Source: Narcine bancroftii
Lineage: Eukaryota
Reading direction: 5' to 3'
DNA length: 64,000 bases
Assembly (NCBI RefSeq): GCF_036971445.1
Contig: NC_091471.1
Location: 303,614,001-303,678,000 of the forward strand
Numbering within the stretch: position 1 is the stretch's first letter; every line of letters begins with the position of its first letter. The translations under genes were made by a program, and so were the position numbers. Under the pieces are notes generated by a model. The model was not told the DNA's origin. It was given only the letters and a program-made list of their open reading frames with translations, and searched no databases. This document shows positions 37,621 to 50,580 of the stretch, piece after piece.

Positions 37621-39728
37621 CTATGATGTCATCTGCAAATAAACTGATTTTATACTATTTCTCCTTTATTTTTATCCCTTTTATTTTATTTTCTATTCTT
37701 ATCAGTTCTGCCAAAGGTTTTATTGCTAAGGCGAACAATGAGGGGGATAGTGGACATCCCTGTCTAGTTGACCTACTTAATTTAAAGTGACTCGATACAT
37801 ATCCATTTACTGTTACCTTCACCAACGGTCCATTATACAATGCTTTTTATCCAATTTATATATTTTTCTGGTAGATTGAACTTCTGTAATAATTTAAATA
37901 AGTAGTTCCACTCTACTCTGTCAAAGGCTTTTACTGCGTCTAGAGCAACAGCCACTGTTGGTTTCTTATTTCCTTGAACTCCATGAATTAGATTAATAAG
38001 TTTGCAGACATTGCTGCTGTTCGTCTTTTCTTAATAAATCCAGTTTTATCTTGTTTTACTATTTTTGGTACAGAGTTGGCCAATCTGTTTGCTGATAATT
38101 TCGCTATTATCTTATAGTCTGAGTTAAGTTGAGATATTGGTCTATATGATGCTGGTGTTAATGGATCCTTCCCCGTCTTTGGTGTAACTGTAATTATTGC
38201 TGTCCTACATGAATCTGGCAAGTTTTGTGTTTCTTCTATTTGGTTCATTACTTCCAGGAGAGGAGGAATTAATAACTCTTCAAATGTTTTATAAAATTCT
38301 ATTGGAAATCTATCCTCTCTTGGTGTTTTATTGTTCAGCAGCTTTTTTAATATATCCTGTACTTCCTCTATTTCAAATGGTTTTATTAGTTTGTTTTATT
38401 CCTCTTCTTGCAATTTCGGCAGTTCAATTTTAGCTAAAAATTCCTCTATTTTATCATCTTTCCCCTCGTTCTCAATTTGATACAATTGTTCATAAAATTC
38501 CTTAAAATTTTCATTAATTTCTGTTGGATTATATGTAATTTGTTTGTCCTTTTGTCCTTTTTCCTTGATGCCAATACAGTTCTTTTAGCTTGTTCTATTT
38601 TAAGTTGCCAGGCTAATATTTTATGTGTTTTTTCTCCCAGTTCGTAATACTTTTGCATTGTTTTCATTATGTTCTTCTCCACTTTGTAAGTTTGTAATGT
38701 TTCTTGTTTAATTTTTTTGTCCGCCAATTCTCTCCTTTTCATTATATCATCCCCTTTTACTAATTCCTTTTCTGTACTTACTATCTCCCTTTCCAACTGC
38801 TCTATTTCCCGATTGTAGTCCTTCTTCGTCTTAGTCACATAACTTATTATCTGCCCTCTAATGAAGGCTTTCATTGCGTCCCATAATATAAATTTGTCTT
38901 TCACTGATCCTGTGTTTATTTCAAAAAATGTTTTAATTTGGTGTCCAATAAACTCCTTAAATTCATGTCTTTTAAGTAGCATGGAGTTTAACCTCCATCT
39001 ATATGTTCTTGGTGGGATGTCCTCCAGTTATTGCTAATAACAGGGGTTAATGATCTGATAGTAGTCTAGCTTTATACTCAGCTTTCCTAACTCTCACTTG
39101 ACTATGGGCTAACAACAAAAACATATCAATCCTTGAGTAAGTTTTGTGCCTACTCGAATAATATGAAAATTCCTTCTCTCTTGGGTGTTGCCTCCTCCAT
39201 ATATCCACAAGTTTCATTTCCTGCATTGATTTAACCATATATTTGGCTACTTTATTCTTTTTACTTGTCTTTTGTCCAGTTTTATCCAACATTGGGTCCA
39301 AATTAAGGTTAAAATCCTCTCCTATCAATATATTTCCTTGTGTGTCTGCAATCTTCAAAAAAACATCCTGCATAAACTTTTGATCCTCCTTGTTAGGTGC
39401 ATATATATTGAACAAATTCCAAAATTCTGAGTATATCTGACACTTTATCATTGCATACCTCCCTGTCGGATCTATTATTTCCTCCTCTATTTTGATTGGT
39501 ACATTTTTGTTAACTAGTATGGATACACCTCTAGCTTTTGAATTATAGGATGCTGCCGTTACGTGTCCTACCCAGTCTCTCTTTAGTTTGATCCACTTCA
39601 GTTAGATACGTTTCCTGCACAAATGGTATATATATTTTTTCCTTCTTCAATAAATTTAGTAGCCTCTTCCTTTTAATTTGGTTATGTATTCCATTAATGT
39701 TTATAGTCATATAGTTCAACTTTGCCAT
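37621..39728 (-). pseudogene. L1 ORF2p (APE endonuclease and partial RT), frameshifted
   Basis: TININGI..QET, NIYAPN, xDFN, SRIDMF, SDH, SYRPIS, QGCPLSPSLF and FADD. Confidence 0.92.
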
Positions 39729-40179
39729 CTTATATCTTGCTTACACCTCTTTTCCACCTCTTTGCCACCTCCATCCCCCTTTTCCCCATTTTCATCTCTT
39801 AGTTTTCTCTTATTACACCTAATGTACGACAACACATTTAAGACATAAAGTACCCTCACAGTTCCCACATCCACTAATACCTTAACCCCAAAAGTCCCCC
39901 CCACTCTGAGTTGCCCCATATCCCTTGCCAGGCAACCACAACTCCCCTTTTCATTTGGATTGTGATCTTGTTCGCAGCGACAACTGATTTTGCAGTGACA
40001 GTTATTCCCCCTCTACCCAACCCTCTCCAGAAAACACTTTTTTTAACACATAACAAAGCTCTCTCTCTTCTTTTTTCCCCCCTTACTCCCTTCCTTCTCT
40101 TCTCTTTTTCCTCTTTAGTACTTTACATATACATTGTTTTTATGTCTTTATATATACTTTATCGCCATTCTTCATTCTT

Positions 40180-41260
40180 GTCACATCTCTTCATCTCTTC
40201 TCCTGTCCTGCAAATGTTCTGTGAATTCTTGCGCTTCCTCTGGATCTGAGAACAGTCTGTTTTGCTCCCCTGGTATAAATATTTTAAGCACGGCTGGATG
40301 TCTTAACATGAATTTGTAACTTTTTTCCCTAAAATCAATTTCGCTGTATTAAACACCTTCCGCTTCTTTAAGAGTTCAAAACTTACATCTGGGTAAAAAA
40401 ATATTTTTAGACCCTTGTATTCCAATGGTTTATTATCTTCTCTAACTTTATTCCTTGCCCGTTCCAGTATATTTTCTCTGTCGTGTATCTCAAAAATTTT
40501 ACTAAGATGGATCTTGGTTTTTGATGTGTCTGTGGTTTCGGAGCTAATGCTCTGTGTGCCCTTTCTATTTTCATTTCTTCCTGCATTTCTGTCATTCCCA
40601 GGACCTTTGGGATCCACCCTTTTATAAATTCCTTCATGTCTGTGCCGCCTTCACCCTCCTTCAGGCCCACTATTTTTATGTTGTTTCGCCTACTATAATT
40701 TTCCAACATATCAATTTTCTGAGATAACTCTTGTGTCTCTTTAATTTTTTTGTCACTTTCTTCCAATTTTTCTCTTCATTTACTTCCATTCCTACAGTCA
40801 TTTCCCGCTCTTCCACATTCTCTACTCTTTTCCCTATTTCTGTCATTACCAGTTCTAACCTTTACATTTTATCTTCTGTTCTTTTCATTTTCATTTTAAT
40901 TACATTAAATTCTAATGATGACCATTCTTTTAGTGATCTCATTTGTTTTTCAAAAAATACTTTATCTATATTCCGTTCATTAGTTTTACATTTTATTTCT
41001 CTTTGTCCATCAGTTTTACCTTCTATTTCTCTGTGAAGATCTTGGTCTTCTTCTTCTGTGTCTGTACCTGTGTTTCAGTCTTCTTCTCTTCTTTGTGTCT
41101 GTGTCTCTTCTGCTTTTCCTGATGAGCTGCTTGTATCTCTTTGTCAGGCCTCTTGTTGCTGGGCCTCTTGTTGCTGGTCCTCCCCTCCTGGGCTGCTAGT
41201 CTGTTGTGGTTCCTGACATTGATCTTGTCGGGCATTCCATCTATCTCCCACGTCTGTTTC
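40180..41260 (-). pseudogene. L1 ORF1p (coiled coil and RRM), frameshifted
   Basis: LENYSRRNNIKIVGLKEG, IERAHRALAPKP..PRSILVKFLRY and IFFYPDVSFELLKKR. Confidence 0.88.
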
Positions 41261-41914
41261 ATCGCTTCCTCTTCTGCTGCCTTCCTCGTCCTCCAGCTGA
41301 GTGCCCTGGTGTCAGGCATCCCTCAGCTGTTCGCTCTGTGGCAGCCCCTTCTGCTGAGCCCCCTCCTGCTGGTGTCCTCTTTCTCCTTTGATTGTGCACT
41401 TTTGTTTGGCTCCGAGAGCTATTTTTGCAGTCCACCGGCTAGTGAATCGGGACTCCGCCGGGTAGAAACTGACCTCGAGGGTCGGGCGCTCCTCACCACC
41501 ACAGTTCCTTCTTGCAGGTAAGGCCTTCTTCTTTCTTCCCAGTTGTTTTTACTTTCTCCTTCTTGGAAGCCATCTTCTTTCTCTTCTCTGTATCTTTATC
41601 TTCTATTTCTTATATTTTATTTTTGTTATGCTTTGCTTTTTCCTAACTTTTTTCCTATTTTCCTGGAGAAGGCTGGTTTTCCTGACCGGCCTCTACTCCA
41701 TCACGTGACTCCTCCATTCTCAATGATTCTTAATCCCAGCCGTTTATGTGGGAATCCACTTTCAATGAAGCTATGTGACCTGCTGAGTTTCTCCAGTACT
41801 TTTGATTCTCTACAAATGTGTTTCATGTTACTCAAGTAACTAGTCCCAAATAATGACGTCAATGTTTTCTCGCACGCCTCAACAACCAATGCTCTCTAAT
41901 TTACCCTACCTCCT

Positions 41915-42490
41915 GAACACCCTCCACTACACATCAACAACTCTATGGTAGAAAGAGTGGAGAGCACTAAATTCCTTGGAGTTCACTTAACTAATGACCT
42001 ATTGTGGACACTCAACATCTCACTTGTCAGGAAGGCACAACAGTGACTGCACTTCCCGAGAAGAATGAAGCAGGCAAAGCTACTGGCCGCCATTATAGGA
42101 GCTCTACCGAGAGCATCCTGACCAGCTCCATCACAGTGTGGATGATTGCTGCAGAGAAATGAATCAGATACCAATCTACAGGACCATAAGAGTGGGAGAG
42201 AGGATCACTGGTGTCTCCCAGGCTGAGGAACTGCTTTTTCCCCACGGCCAGTGAGAATGTTGAACAACCAAAGGAACTAGTCATGCTAACCATTCGAAAC
42301 TCTCATTTGTACAAAACAATATGTATTTATTTATTTTTATAGATAAAATACTTGTCCTGCATATGTATTGTTTGTCTGTACATGTGTTATGTCTGGTTGT
42401 GTGTCTGCATGTTTTGCACCGAGGACCGGAGAACGCTGTTTTGTTGGGCTGTACTTGTACAATCAGATGACCATAAATTTGATTTGAATA
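41915..42490 (+). mobile_element. Rex1/Babar-like 3' fragment with internal deletions
   Basis: VERVESTKFLGVHLTNDL and RLRNCFFP. 3' UTR resembles 26600-26825. Confidence 0.75.
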
Positions 42491-43714
42491 TCCTCTTGTT
42501 CTCCTTCAAGTTGTTCCATATCTTTCGATGTGGAATATTATCAACTATTGATAATGTGAAGGTAGGCTTTCTGTCAGCTGGGTGGAATGGAGCTGATGTG
42601 CTGAATGTTAAAACGTAGAAATGCTGAAGGAACACTGGCTCAGGCCCGAACCTTCAGTACTGCAATATATCTTTACCTCCTATGGATGCAGTGAGACCCC
42701 CTGAGGTCCTCCAGCATTTCTGTGTTTTTACTGCAATCACAGCATCTGCAGGCTTTTGTGTTTCACTCTGATTTGCTGAATGAAATCTCTGGAAGACAAA
42801 ATAAAGGGACATGGTAAATATTTCAGCTTTGGTCAGTAGGATTAGAAGAGGGCATCAAATGAAATGACCCTGAAACTTCATTTTCTGGAGTTCACATTAC
42901 TGTAAGTATGGACCCTTCCTGATTGTCATTGCTGTGCTAAGGGGTAAAAATTCAACTTGATGCACATTGAAAATAAACCATTTGGAACATTGATTGATGG
43001 AAAACAGGTCTGGCAAAAATCTTTATCACTAAATTCAAATATCTTGATCTGCCTTTAAAACATTTTCATCATTCACTCTCCCCATTATGACAGAAGCCTG
43101 TTTATGGTGGTCTGCTTTTGACATGAGTTTTCAGGTAAGAGAAAGGATTTTTGAAAAAAAGCTTATAATCTTTTAAGACATAATTGGCTGCTGTGAGGAG
43201 AGCACAAATGAAGTTCTATGCCCCTGTCTTACATAAAACTCCTGATTCCAAGAGAATTTCTCAACATTTTCACCATTAAGGCAGTGTCTGTGTATTTTAT
43301 TAATGCAAACATATCAGCGATTTCATTCAGACTGATGAAATATCGGGGCCATTATCAACTTCGATTACACAGCTACACAGCCAGATGGAAAGGCAAGCAA
43401 AATGAACAGGCATTTATATTGTACTTTATCACACCCTTTACACATTGCTTATGTAATGAAGTGCCTTTCAACTTCAGTGACATGGTTATATGGTCACCAA
43501 TTTGAGTTCTGCAATGAGATAAATGACCACTTTAGGTAGGCTTTTTTATGAAAGGGAAGAGTTAGCACCAAGATTCCTCAATTTCTTTGCAGAGTAACTG
43601 TGAGATGTTTAATGCTGTCAAGAAACAGTAGACCCACCATAATATCTAAGCTTAAGGACATCATCTCTGGCAATGTTATATTCACCAAGTATTAACCTAA
43701 TATATTTTGCTCAT

Positions 43715-44930
43715 GAGAAAAGAAGAATGTGCTGGAAGAAATCAATGGTTCAGGCAGAATCTGTGGAGGCAAAGGGATGGTCAATGTTTTGTGTCAAGCT
43801 CCTACATGAAGACTGAGAGGGTAGAAGTAAAATAGCCAGTGCACAGCAACGAGGTGGAGAGGTGAGGCTGATGAGTGGTGGGTGGAATGAGATAAGGGAG
43901 GGATGATGGGCAAATCGAACCAGGTGGAAGAGGATAAAGGCAAGATGAATGAATGGAGAAGAAAAGAATGTGGGTGATGAGCAGATGGGGAGAAGATAGG
44001 TCATGAGGTGGGGAGGGATGGAATAGATGATTAAGGGGGAGAGAGATGTTACGTGAACTGGTGGGAGTGGGAAAGGAACACAGTGGGAATAGGTTAAAAT
44101 GAGAATTTCAGCATTCATAACATTGGGTTGTAGGAAGACCAATAGAATTCAGGTTAGCCTCAGTGTGGTGCTGGGGAAAGTTGAGGATAGACAGCTTGGC
44201 ATGGCAATGGGAAGCAGAGTCGAAATGACAAACAATCGAAAGCTCAAGATGGTCACTGCGGACAAAACCAAGGAGGTCCGCAAAACTGTTTGTTCTCACC
44301 TGTGTAGAGGAGGCCATGTTGTGAGGAATGAATGCAATAGACTAATTTGGGAGAGATATGCGAATCTACTCACCTGGAAGGGCTGTTTAGGTCCTTAGAT
44401 GATGTTGAGGAAGGAGGTGATGGAACAAGTGTGGCACCTCCTCCAATTGCAGCGGTAAGTTTCAAGGGATGGGAAGAGGTGAGTGGGAAGCAATGAGCAG
44501 ACTGCGGTCACAGTCGGAGTGGTCTTTGCAGAAAGGGGTAGAGGGGGCATAGCTAGGAGCAAGATGTAGTGGGATCCCATTGGAAATGACGAAGGATGAT
44601 ATGTTAGCTGCAAAAACTGGTGGAGTGAGAGGTAAGGACCACAAAACTCCACGTCTGTTCTGTCTGGGAGAATGGAGAGAAGAAAAAGCATGTGAGTTCT
44701 CTCCCGAATATTTCCCGAAGAAAGAAGGTATTTCAGAAGACCTGGAGCGGAAAGCCTTACCTTGTAAACAGAAGTAGTGGGGATGGGGATACTAAGAAAA
44801 GGGGTGTTCCCCTTATCAGAGAGAGGGTAGGACAAGAGTGGAGGTAGCTATGGGAGATATAGAATATATCTGTGGATATATATCTGTATATATTTCTGGA
44901 TATTTTATCTCCTGAGATGAGATCTAGAAA
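43715..44930 (-). mobile_element. Penelope-like element remnant (RT C-terminus, GIY-YIG region, 3' purine-rich arm)
   Basis: Minus strand FLDL, HPSSF-like, CNWRRCHTC and QGPKQPFQV-like motifs. Terminal tgctggaagaaatcaa..tcaggcag arm. Confidence 0.65.
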
Positions 44931-45499
44931 AGAAACCCACATTAATGCACTTCATATGCTCAATGTTTTACTCATAATGCTTCGTACTTTCTCATTGTAA
45001 AAGTGCTACCAACTGAACAAAATAACAAAATATAGATCTGGACATAAATTCAAGGCACTCACATTGTGGTACTTTCAGGGAGGATATTTTACAACATGTC
45101 TTGGACTGCGATTTAATTAAAACAATCACTTTAGTGGATAACACCTTCATATTTTTACAAAAATCGTGCATGAAAGTTGCTTTGCCAATTCTTTGGTCAT
45201 CTGTAAACTGACATAGAAATCTACATAATGAGATTACGTTGTCAGCTGTACAAATCTTTGGAATTATTCTTGCAGAACCATTTTCCCGTTAAACATTATT
45301 TAAATGTTATTGCTGTAACCTTTTCTTTATTTATAGTCTTCAGCCTCAGAACATGTCCTGCATATATGAAAATGGATCATTTCGTTGAGGATCACAGCAG
45401 TTTGAACATGTTTGTGAGTGAATCTAATGGGCAGTGCTGTACTTGGCTGCTTCTCAGAAATAGTCCTTTTAAAGAAGGTTATCCTCGCTCGAGTAAAAG

Positions 45500-45845
45500 G
45501 GAATAAAGACCTTGCATTTCTCTAACGGCTTTTAAACCACAGGACATGCAAAAGTGCCTTGTGATAACTGTCTCGAATCTGCCTATCTGTACATAGCAGG
45601 GACCCTCACACAGCACTGAGGTACTGATCAGAGTTCAGGATATCCAAGAGAAGTCCCCTTTTCAGTTTTGAAATACTGCTGGAGGATCATATCCAGTTAA
45701 GTGGAAACATAGAGTTTCTCTCTGGCTTTTTAAATAAAATACAGCACTTGCCCCCAGGACTGTACTGAAATGCCTGGTCTGGATGTAATATTCGAGTTAC
45801 TGCAGTGGGATTGAAAGCAATCCATCAAGTTCAGAGGCAAGCAGT
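45500..45845 (-). mobile_element. Ancient Deu-domain-like SINE remnant
   Basis: aaagaccttgcattt tail, cagcacttgccccc..actgtactg and tgcagtgggattgaa (reversed B-box). Similar decayed copy at about 48095-48650. Confidence 0.5.
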
Positions 45846-45849
45846 CTCC

Positions 45850-46237
45850 AGCAGTCTGGGCTGTGGACTGCTCAAGACTAGCTCAAACTGGCTGGAGGGG
45901 TACCAGGTATCAGAACCAGGATGCAAGGAGGTGCCAAGGGCACTGAGGGGTTCCTGACTGTGTCGGAGGTTCAGATCTGGGTTGCCAATAGTTTGGACTG
46001 GTCTCTATGTGGCTGTGGGGGCTGCGAAAGGGCTGGAGGCAAATCTATGAACTCTCGATGGCTCTGGGAGGGGGGGGGGCTCTCTTTTGCTTCTCTCTGT
46101 AAGTCTGTAAGAGGTGCTTAGGCAATTCCTGCTGGTGGTGAATCTGTCTGCCTTGCAGCAGACAAAAAAGAAATTTCATGTAATATGACACTGTTTTATT
46201 ACTATCTTAAATCTTGAGTTTCTTGAATCTTGAATCA
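45850..46237 (+). mobile_element. Unclassified retroposon, same family as 10135-10546
   Basis: Colinear similarity along the whole length and (tcttgaa)n tail. Confidence 0.75.
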
Positions 46238-46444
46238 ATACATGGAAGCTGAGTCTGTTATTTAACACTTAATATCTGATCTGTTTCAGCTGTGAATGTT
46301 GCCTGCTACTTGCTAGGAAAAAGGTTTCACAACTGAGGCCAACCATGATAAACTTGCCCTCACTTCCTCAAGCACTCACATGTGGAGCTCCCTGCCACAG
46401 AAAGTTGTTGAGGTAACGTAATTGGATAGATTTAAACAGGATAG

Positions 46445-46948
46445 GGTCTCTTCTACATCGGAGAGACTGGGATATCACTTTATTGAGTACCTCGGTTCAG
46501 TCCGCTCCAATAACGTGGATCTCATAGTGACCGCCCATTTCAATTCCCTGTCCCATTCTCTTGCTGACATGCCTGACATGTCTGTCCATGGTCTCATGCA
46601 CTACCGGACTAAGACCACCTAGACATTGGAGGACCAATACCTCATCTTCCATCTGGGCCCCCTCCAACCAGATCCCTCTCTCTCTCTCTCTCTCTTTCTC
46701 CCCCTCTCCCCCTTTACCTCTTCTTCTTTCACAGAGCCAAGATCAATTCTCACCTCTGCTCTTATCATATCCAATTGACACCTTTTGTTGGTCTGGACAC
46801 CTCCCCTGACCAGTCTTCAGTCTTTATTCTGACATCTGCCTGTACTTTATTTATTCCTTGAGGAAGGCCTTGAGCCCAAAACATCAGCAACACATTTTTA
46901 CGCTGCGACACTGGCTGAGCTCCTCTCTAGTAAATCTGTGTGTTCTTA
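46445..46948 (+). mobile_element. Penelope-like element GIY-YIG endonuclease fragment and pLTR
   Basis: YIGETG..F.EYL.SVR..VTAHFNS..H..DMSVHGL..LEDQYLIFHLG. Confidence 0.8.
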
Positions 46949-48679
46949 TTAGATTCAAAAAGTTGTTGGACATGGACCCTATTGCTCAATGGATCAAAGA
47001 TGTGGGGAGAAAGAAGGAATAGGGTACAGAGGTTGTAAGATTATCCATCATTGTGTTGAATGGTGGTGCAGGCTCAAATGGCCTTCAAATGGATCTTTTC
47101 TCCAATTTTGTGAACAGTCCATGTACGTAGCAGCACTGAGGCAACTTGTGGATTCACAGTCAGCTTCAGCAAGCTCGTCAGATGCCTGTTACAGGACCTG
47201 GAACCTTTTGCACTGCTGATGCATTTGTCCCTTGGGCAATGTGGTTATCACAAAACTTCAGGAAAATTCAATGATTACTGACCGACTCAATGTTATTGCT
47301 TTGATATATCTCGCCCTACACGTTTTTAATTGGAAAAAAAGGTCACGTTTACTGCTGTAGTGATACCCACTCCACATTGATTCCCTCCACCAACGTAACT
47401 CCCTAGGACAGAAAAAGGTTCTCCGATTCACTGCTGTGAAACATTGTAATTCCCACTCAGCCCTGTAGCCTCTTGATCAGAGTTCCAGCAGACTGCCAAA
47501 TTAACCCTGAGCCTCTTTTAATAGCTTTTTACTTCAGGCAGTTGGAGATCAGTTTTGAAAAGGGTAGCCTTACGCAAGATTGATTGAGATAAAGAATACT
47601 CCTCAGCTTGTATGGTACCATCTGCATGTTACAGACACAAAGCATCTCTTCAATAACACTTCACTGAGAAATCAATGATGTAGCGTTTTCTTCGGTAATG
47701 ATATTGGTTATAAGAGAGGGAAATGTGAGGTGAGCGATGCCTAGAAGAGTCCCAATGAAGCATAGAAGATCCTTAAAAGACTAGTGCTGCTTTTGGAGAA
47801 TGAACATTTAGGGCCTCATTTACCTCCTTCAACAAAGCCCAGTTCCGTGAAACACTTGTTCACAATCTGTGCCCTCAAAGAACAATCCAGAATGAATGAA
47901 TAAGCTGATTCACTGTCCAGAGATCCACAACTAACTCATTCATAATAAAATCTTAAAAATCACTGCACTGATCATAAATACCGCATTGGGGGGTCAGTCC
48001 CTTTCTGCCAACCTCTTGGTAATAAAATCAATGATAAAATGTTCAGTTGACAACGTTACCCTACTGTATGTCCATGCTGTGATTAAACAGACGGATTAAT
48101 ATTTCTAAAGCAACTTTCATGATGGACTTTTCAGTTCCTTTTCAGCTAATAAAGTAGTTTTGAAGTGCAGTTGCCGTTGTATTCCAGGAATAGTGACAGC
48201 CAATTTGCATTATCTTCTGAAATGCCACATACAGAATATAACAACCAAATAAACTCTTTTAGATAATAGTGGAGATTTCTCAAAACCTGCAGCTGGTTGG
48301 GCTGCATCTACGGATCGACCCGACATTTCAATTCTGATTCTCTCTCCCTGCCGTGCTGATCATTTCCAACTTATCCTGCTTTGTATTTCAGATTTAAATG
48401 AGGCTTCTGATTTGTTTTTAAGGTTGATCTAAGGTAATTTTCTTTTAAAATAGTTTGAGATAATATTCGGCGTCCATCTGAGAGTTTTCTGATAAACGCT
48501 CATTTCAACATCTCATCCAACATCCAGCTCTGCTGACTTTGAGACTCCCTCAAGTGTGGCATTGGAGGGCCAGTCTGATTTTGCATCGTGAGTCTCTGGA
48601 TTGGGAATCCACAAATTTTAACATAGAGATTGCCTTCTCAATGAGACTAACATTACCTGATTTCGGATTTATCGTCAGA

Positions 48680-48680
<1 letters not shown>

Positions 48681-48715
<35 letters not shown>
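48681..48715. repeat. (TA)n microsatellite at the RTE 5' junction
   Basis: Directly visible. Confidence 0.95.
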
Positions 48716-48717
<2 letters not shown>

Positions 48718-49973
48718 ACTGCACGAAAACCAACAAGGTCGGGTCAGATACAGCAATGAGCTCTCTAAACCCTTCTCCATTAACAATGGCGTGAAGCAAG
48801 GCTGTGTTCTGGCACCAACCCTCTTTTCAATCTTCTTCAGCATGATGCTGAACCAAGCCATGAAAGACCCCAACAATGAAGACGCTGTTTACATCCGGTA
48901 CCGCACGGATGGCAGTCTCTTCAATCTGAGGTGCCTGCAAGCTCACACCAAGACACAAGAGAAACTTGTCCGTGAACTACTCTTTGCAGACGATGCCGCT
49001 TTAGTTGCCCATTCAGAGCCAGCTCTTCAGCGCTTGACGTCCTACTTTGCGGAAACTGCCAAAATGTTTGGCCTGGAAGTCAGCCTGAAGAAAACTGAGG
49101 TCCTCCATCAGCCATCTCCCCACCATGATTACCAGCCCCCCCACATCTCCATCGGGCACACAAAACTCAAAACGGTCAACCAGTTTACCTATCTCGGCTG
49201 CACCATTTCATCAGATGCAAGGATCGACAATGAGATAGACAACAGACTCGCCAAGGCAAATAGCGCCTTTGGAAGACTACACAAAAGAGTCTGGAAAAAC
49301 AACCAACTGAAAAACCTCACAAAGATAAGCGTATACAGAGCCGTTGTCATACCCACACTCCTGTTCGGCTCCGAATCATGGGTCCTCTACCGGCACCACC
49401 TACGGCTCCTAGAACGCTTCCACCAGCGTTGTCTCCGCTCCATCCTCAACATCCATTGGAGCGCTTACATCCCTAACGTCGAAGTACTCGAGATGGCAGA
49501 GGTCGACAGCATCGAGTCCACGCTGCTGAAGATCCAGCTGTGCTGGATGGGTCACGTCTCCAGAATGGAGGACCATCGCCTTCCCAAGATCATGTTATAT
49601 GGCGAGCTCTCCACTGGCCACCGTGACAGAGGTGCACCAAAGAAAAGGTACAAGGACTACCTAAAGAAATCTCTTGGTGCCTGCCACATTGACCACCGCC
49701 AGTGGGCTGATAACGCCTCAAACCGTGCATCTTGGCGCCTCACAGTTTGGCGGGCAGCAACCTCCTTTGAAGAAGACCGCAGAGCCTACCTCACTGACAA
49801 AAGGCAAAGGAGGAAAAACCCAACACCCAACCCCAACCAACCAATTTTCCCCTGCAACCGCTGCAATCGTGTCTGCCTGTCCCGCATCGGACTTGTCAGC
49901 CACAAACGAGCCTGCAGCTGACGTGGACTTTTTACCCCCTCCATAAATCTTCGTCCGCGAAGCCACGCCAAAG
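48714..49973 (+). mobile_element. 5'-truncated young RTE LINE; about 400-codon uninterrupted RT C-terminal frame ending at 49921
   Basis: GVKQGCVLAPTLF, LLFADD, FTYLG and LxWMGHVSRME, with no stops or frameshifts. No endonuclease domain and no true start codon. Confidence 0.95.
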
Positions 49974-50285
49974 ATATACATGAGATCACATACAACCCAC
50001 AGATGAGGCAGAATTACCACTTACTGGTGGTGCAAAACAAAACTATACGATGTACGCATGTAAACAAATAAACAAATGTAAATGACTGACTGCAATACAG
50101 AGAGGGGGAAAAAAACAAACAATAAAGTGCAAAAGTAGAGTCCTTAAAAGAGTCCCTGATTGAGTTTGTGGTTGAGGAGTCTGATGGTGGGGGTAGCAGC
50201 TGTTCCTGAACCTGATGGTGTGAGTCTTGTGGCATTAAATCTCTTTCCTGACGGTAGCAGTGAGAACAGAGCGTCTGTTGAGGGG
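49974..50285 (-). mobile_element. Rex1/Babar-like 3' end hosting the RTE; its tail continues at 48660-48680
   Basis: Reverse complement of 18950-19280. Confidence 0.8.
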
Positions 50286-50580
50286 TGTGAGATGATTAAA
50301 GCACACAAGTCCTAAAATGAACAAAAGCTGTGGCTGACGTGCTCCGGAATCAGGAAATAAGCAAGATTCTGAGTTCAGATCCTGCCATGTCTCAGTTGGT
50401 GCGCAAACAATTGACTTTCACCTGCAAATTTCTCAGGCTACCTTGCTGAAGAACAGGGAGGATTTTTGAATCTTGCACTTTTTAAGTGCGGCATCAATAA
50501 CTCAGCTTTTTACATCATCAACTTCTAGCATTTATTTCTGGCACTTATGAAGTCATGCAAATCTCAAATATTCAGTGATA

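Larger units (their letters stand above)
37621..41715 (-). mobile_element. L1 LINE with intact 5' end (5' UTR, ORF1, inter-ORF spacer, ORF2 EN and N-terminal RT); 3' half missing; disrupted
   Basis: See the ORF1 and ORF2 entries. The 5' terminus reads ggaggagtcacgtgatggagtag. Sequence stops just after SLFADDII. Confidence 0.93.

Noticed and set aside
48539-49921. 460-aa ORF as a host gene or retron-like RT
   Set aside because: The N-terminal 58 residues are read-through of SINE/Rex remnants and the (TA)n repeat (YIYIYI). The remainder is a truncated RTE RT.
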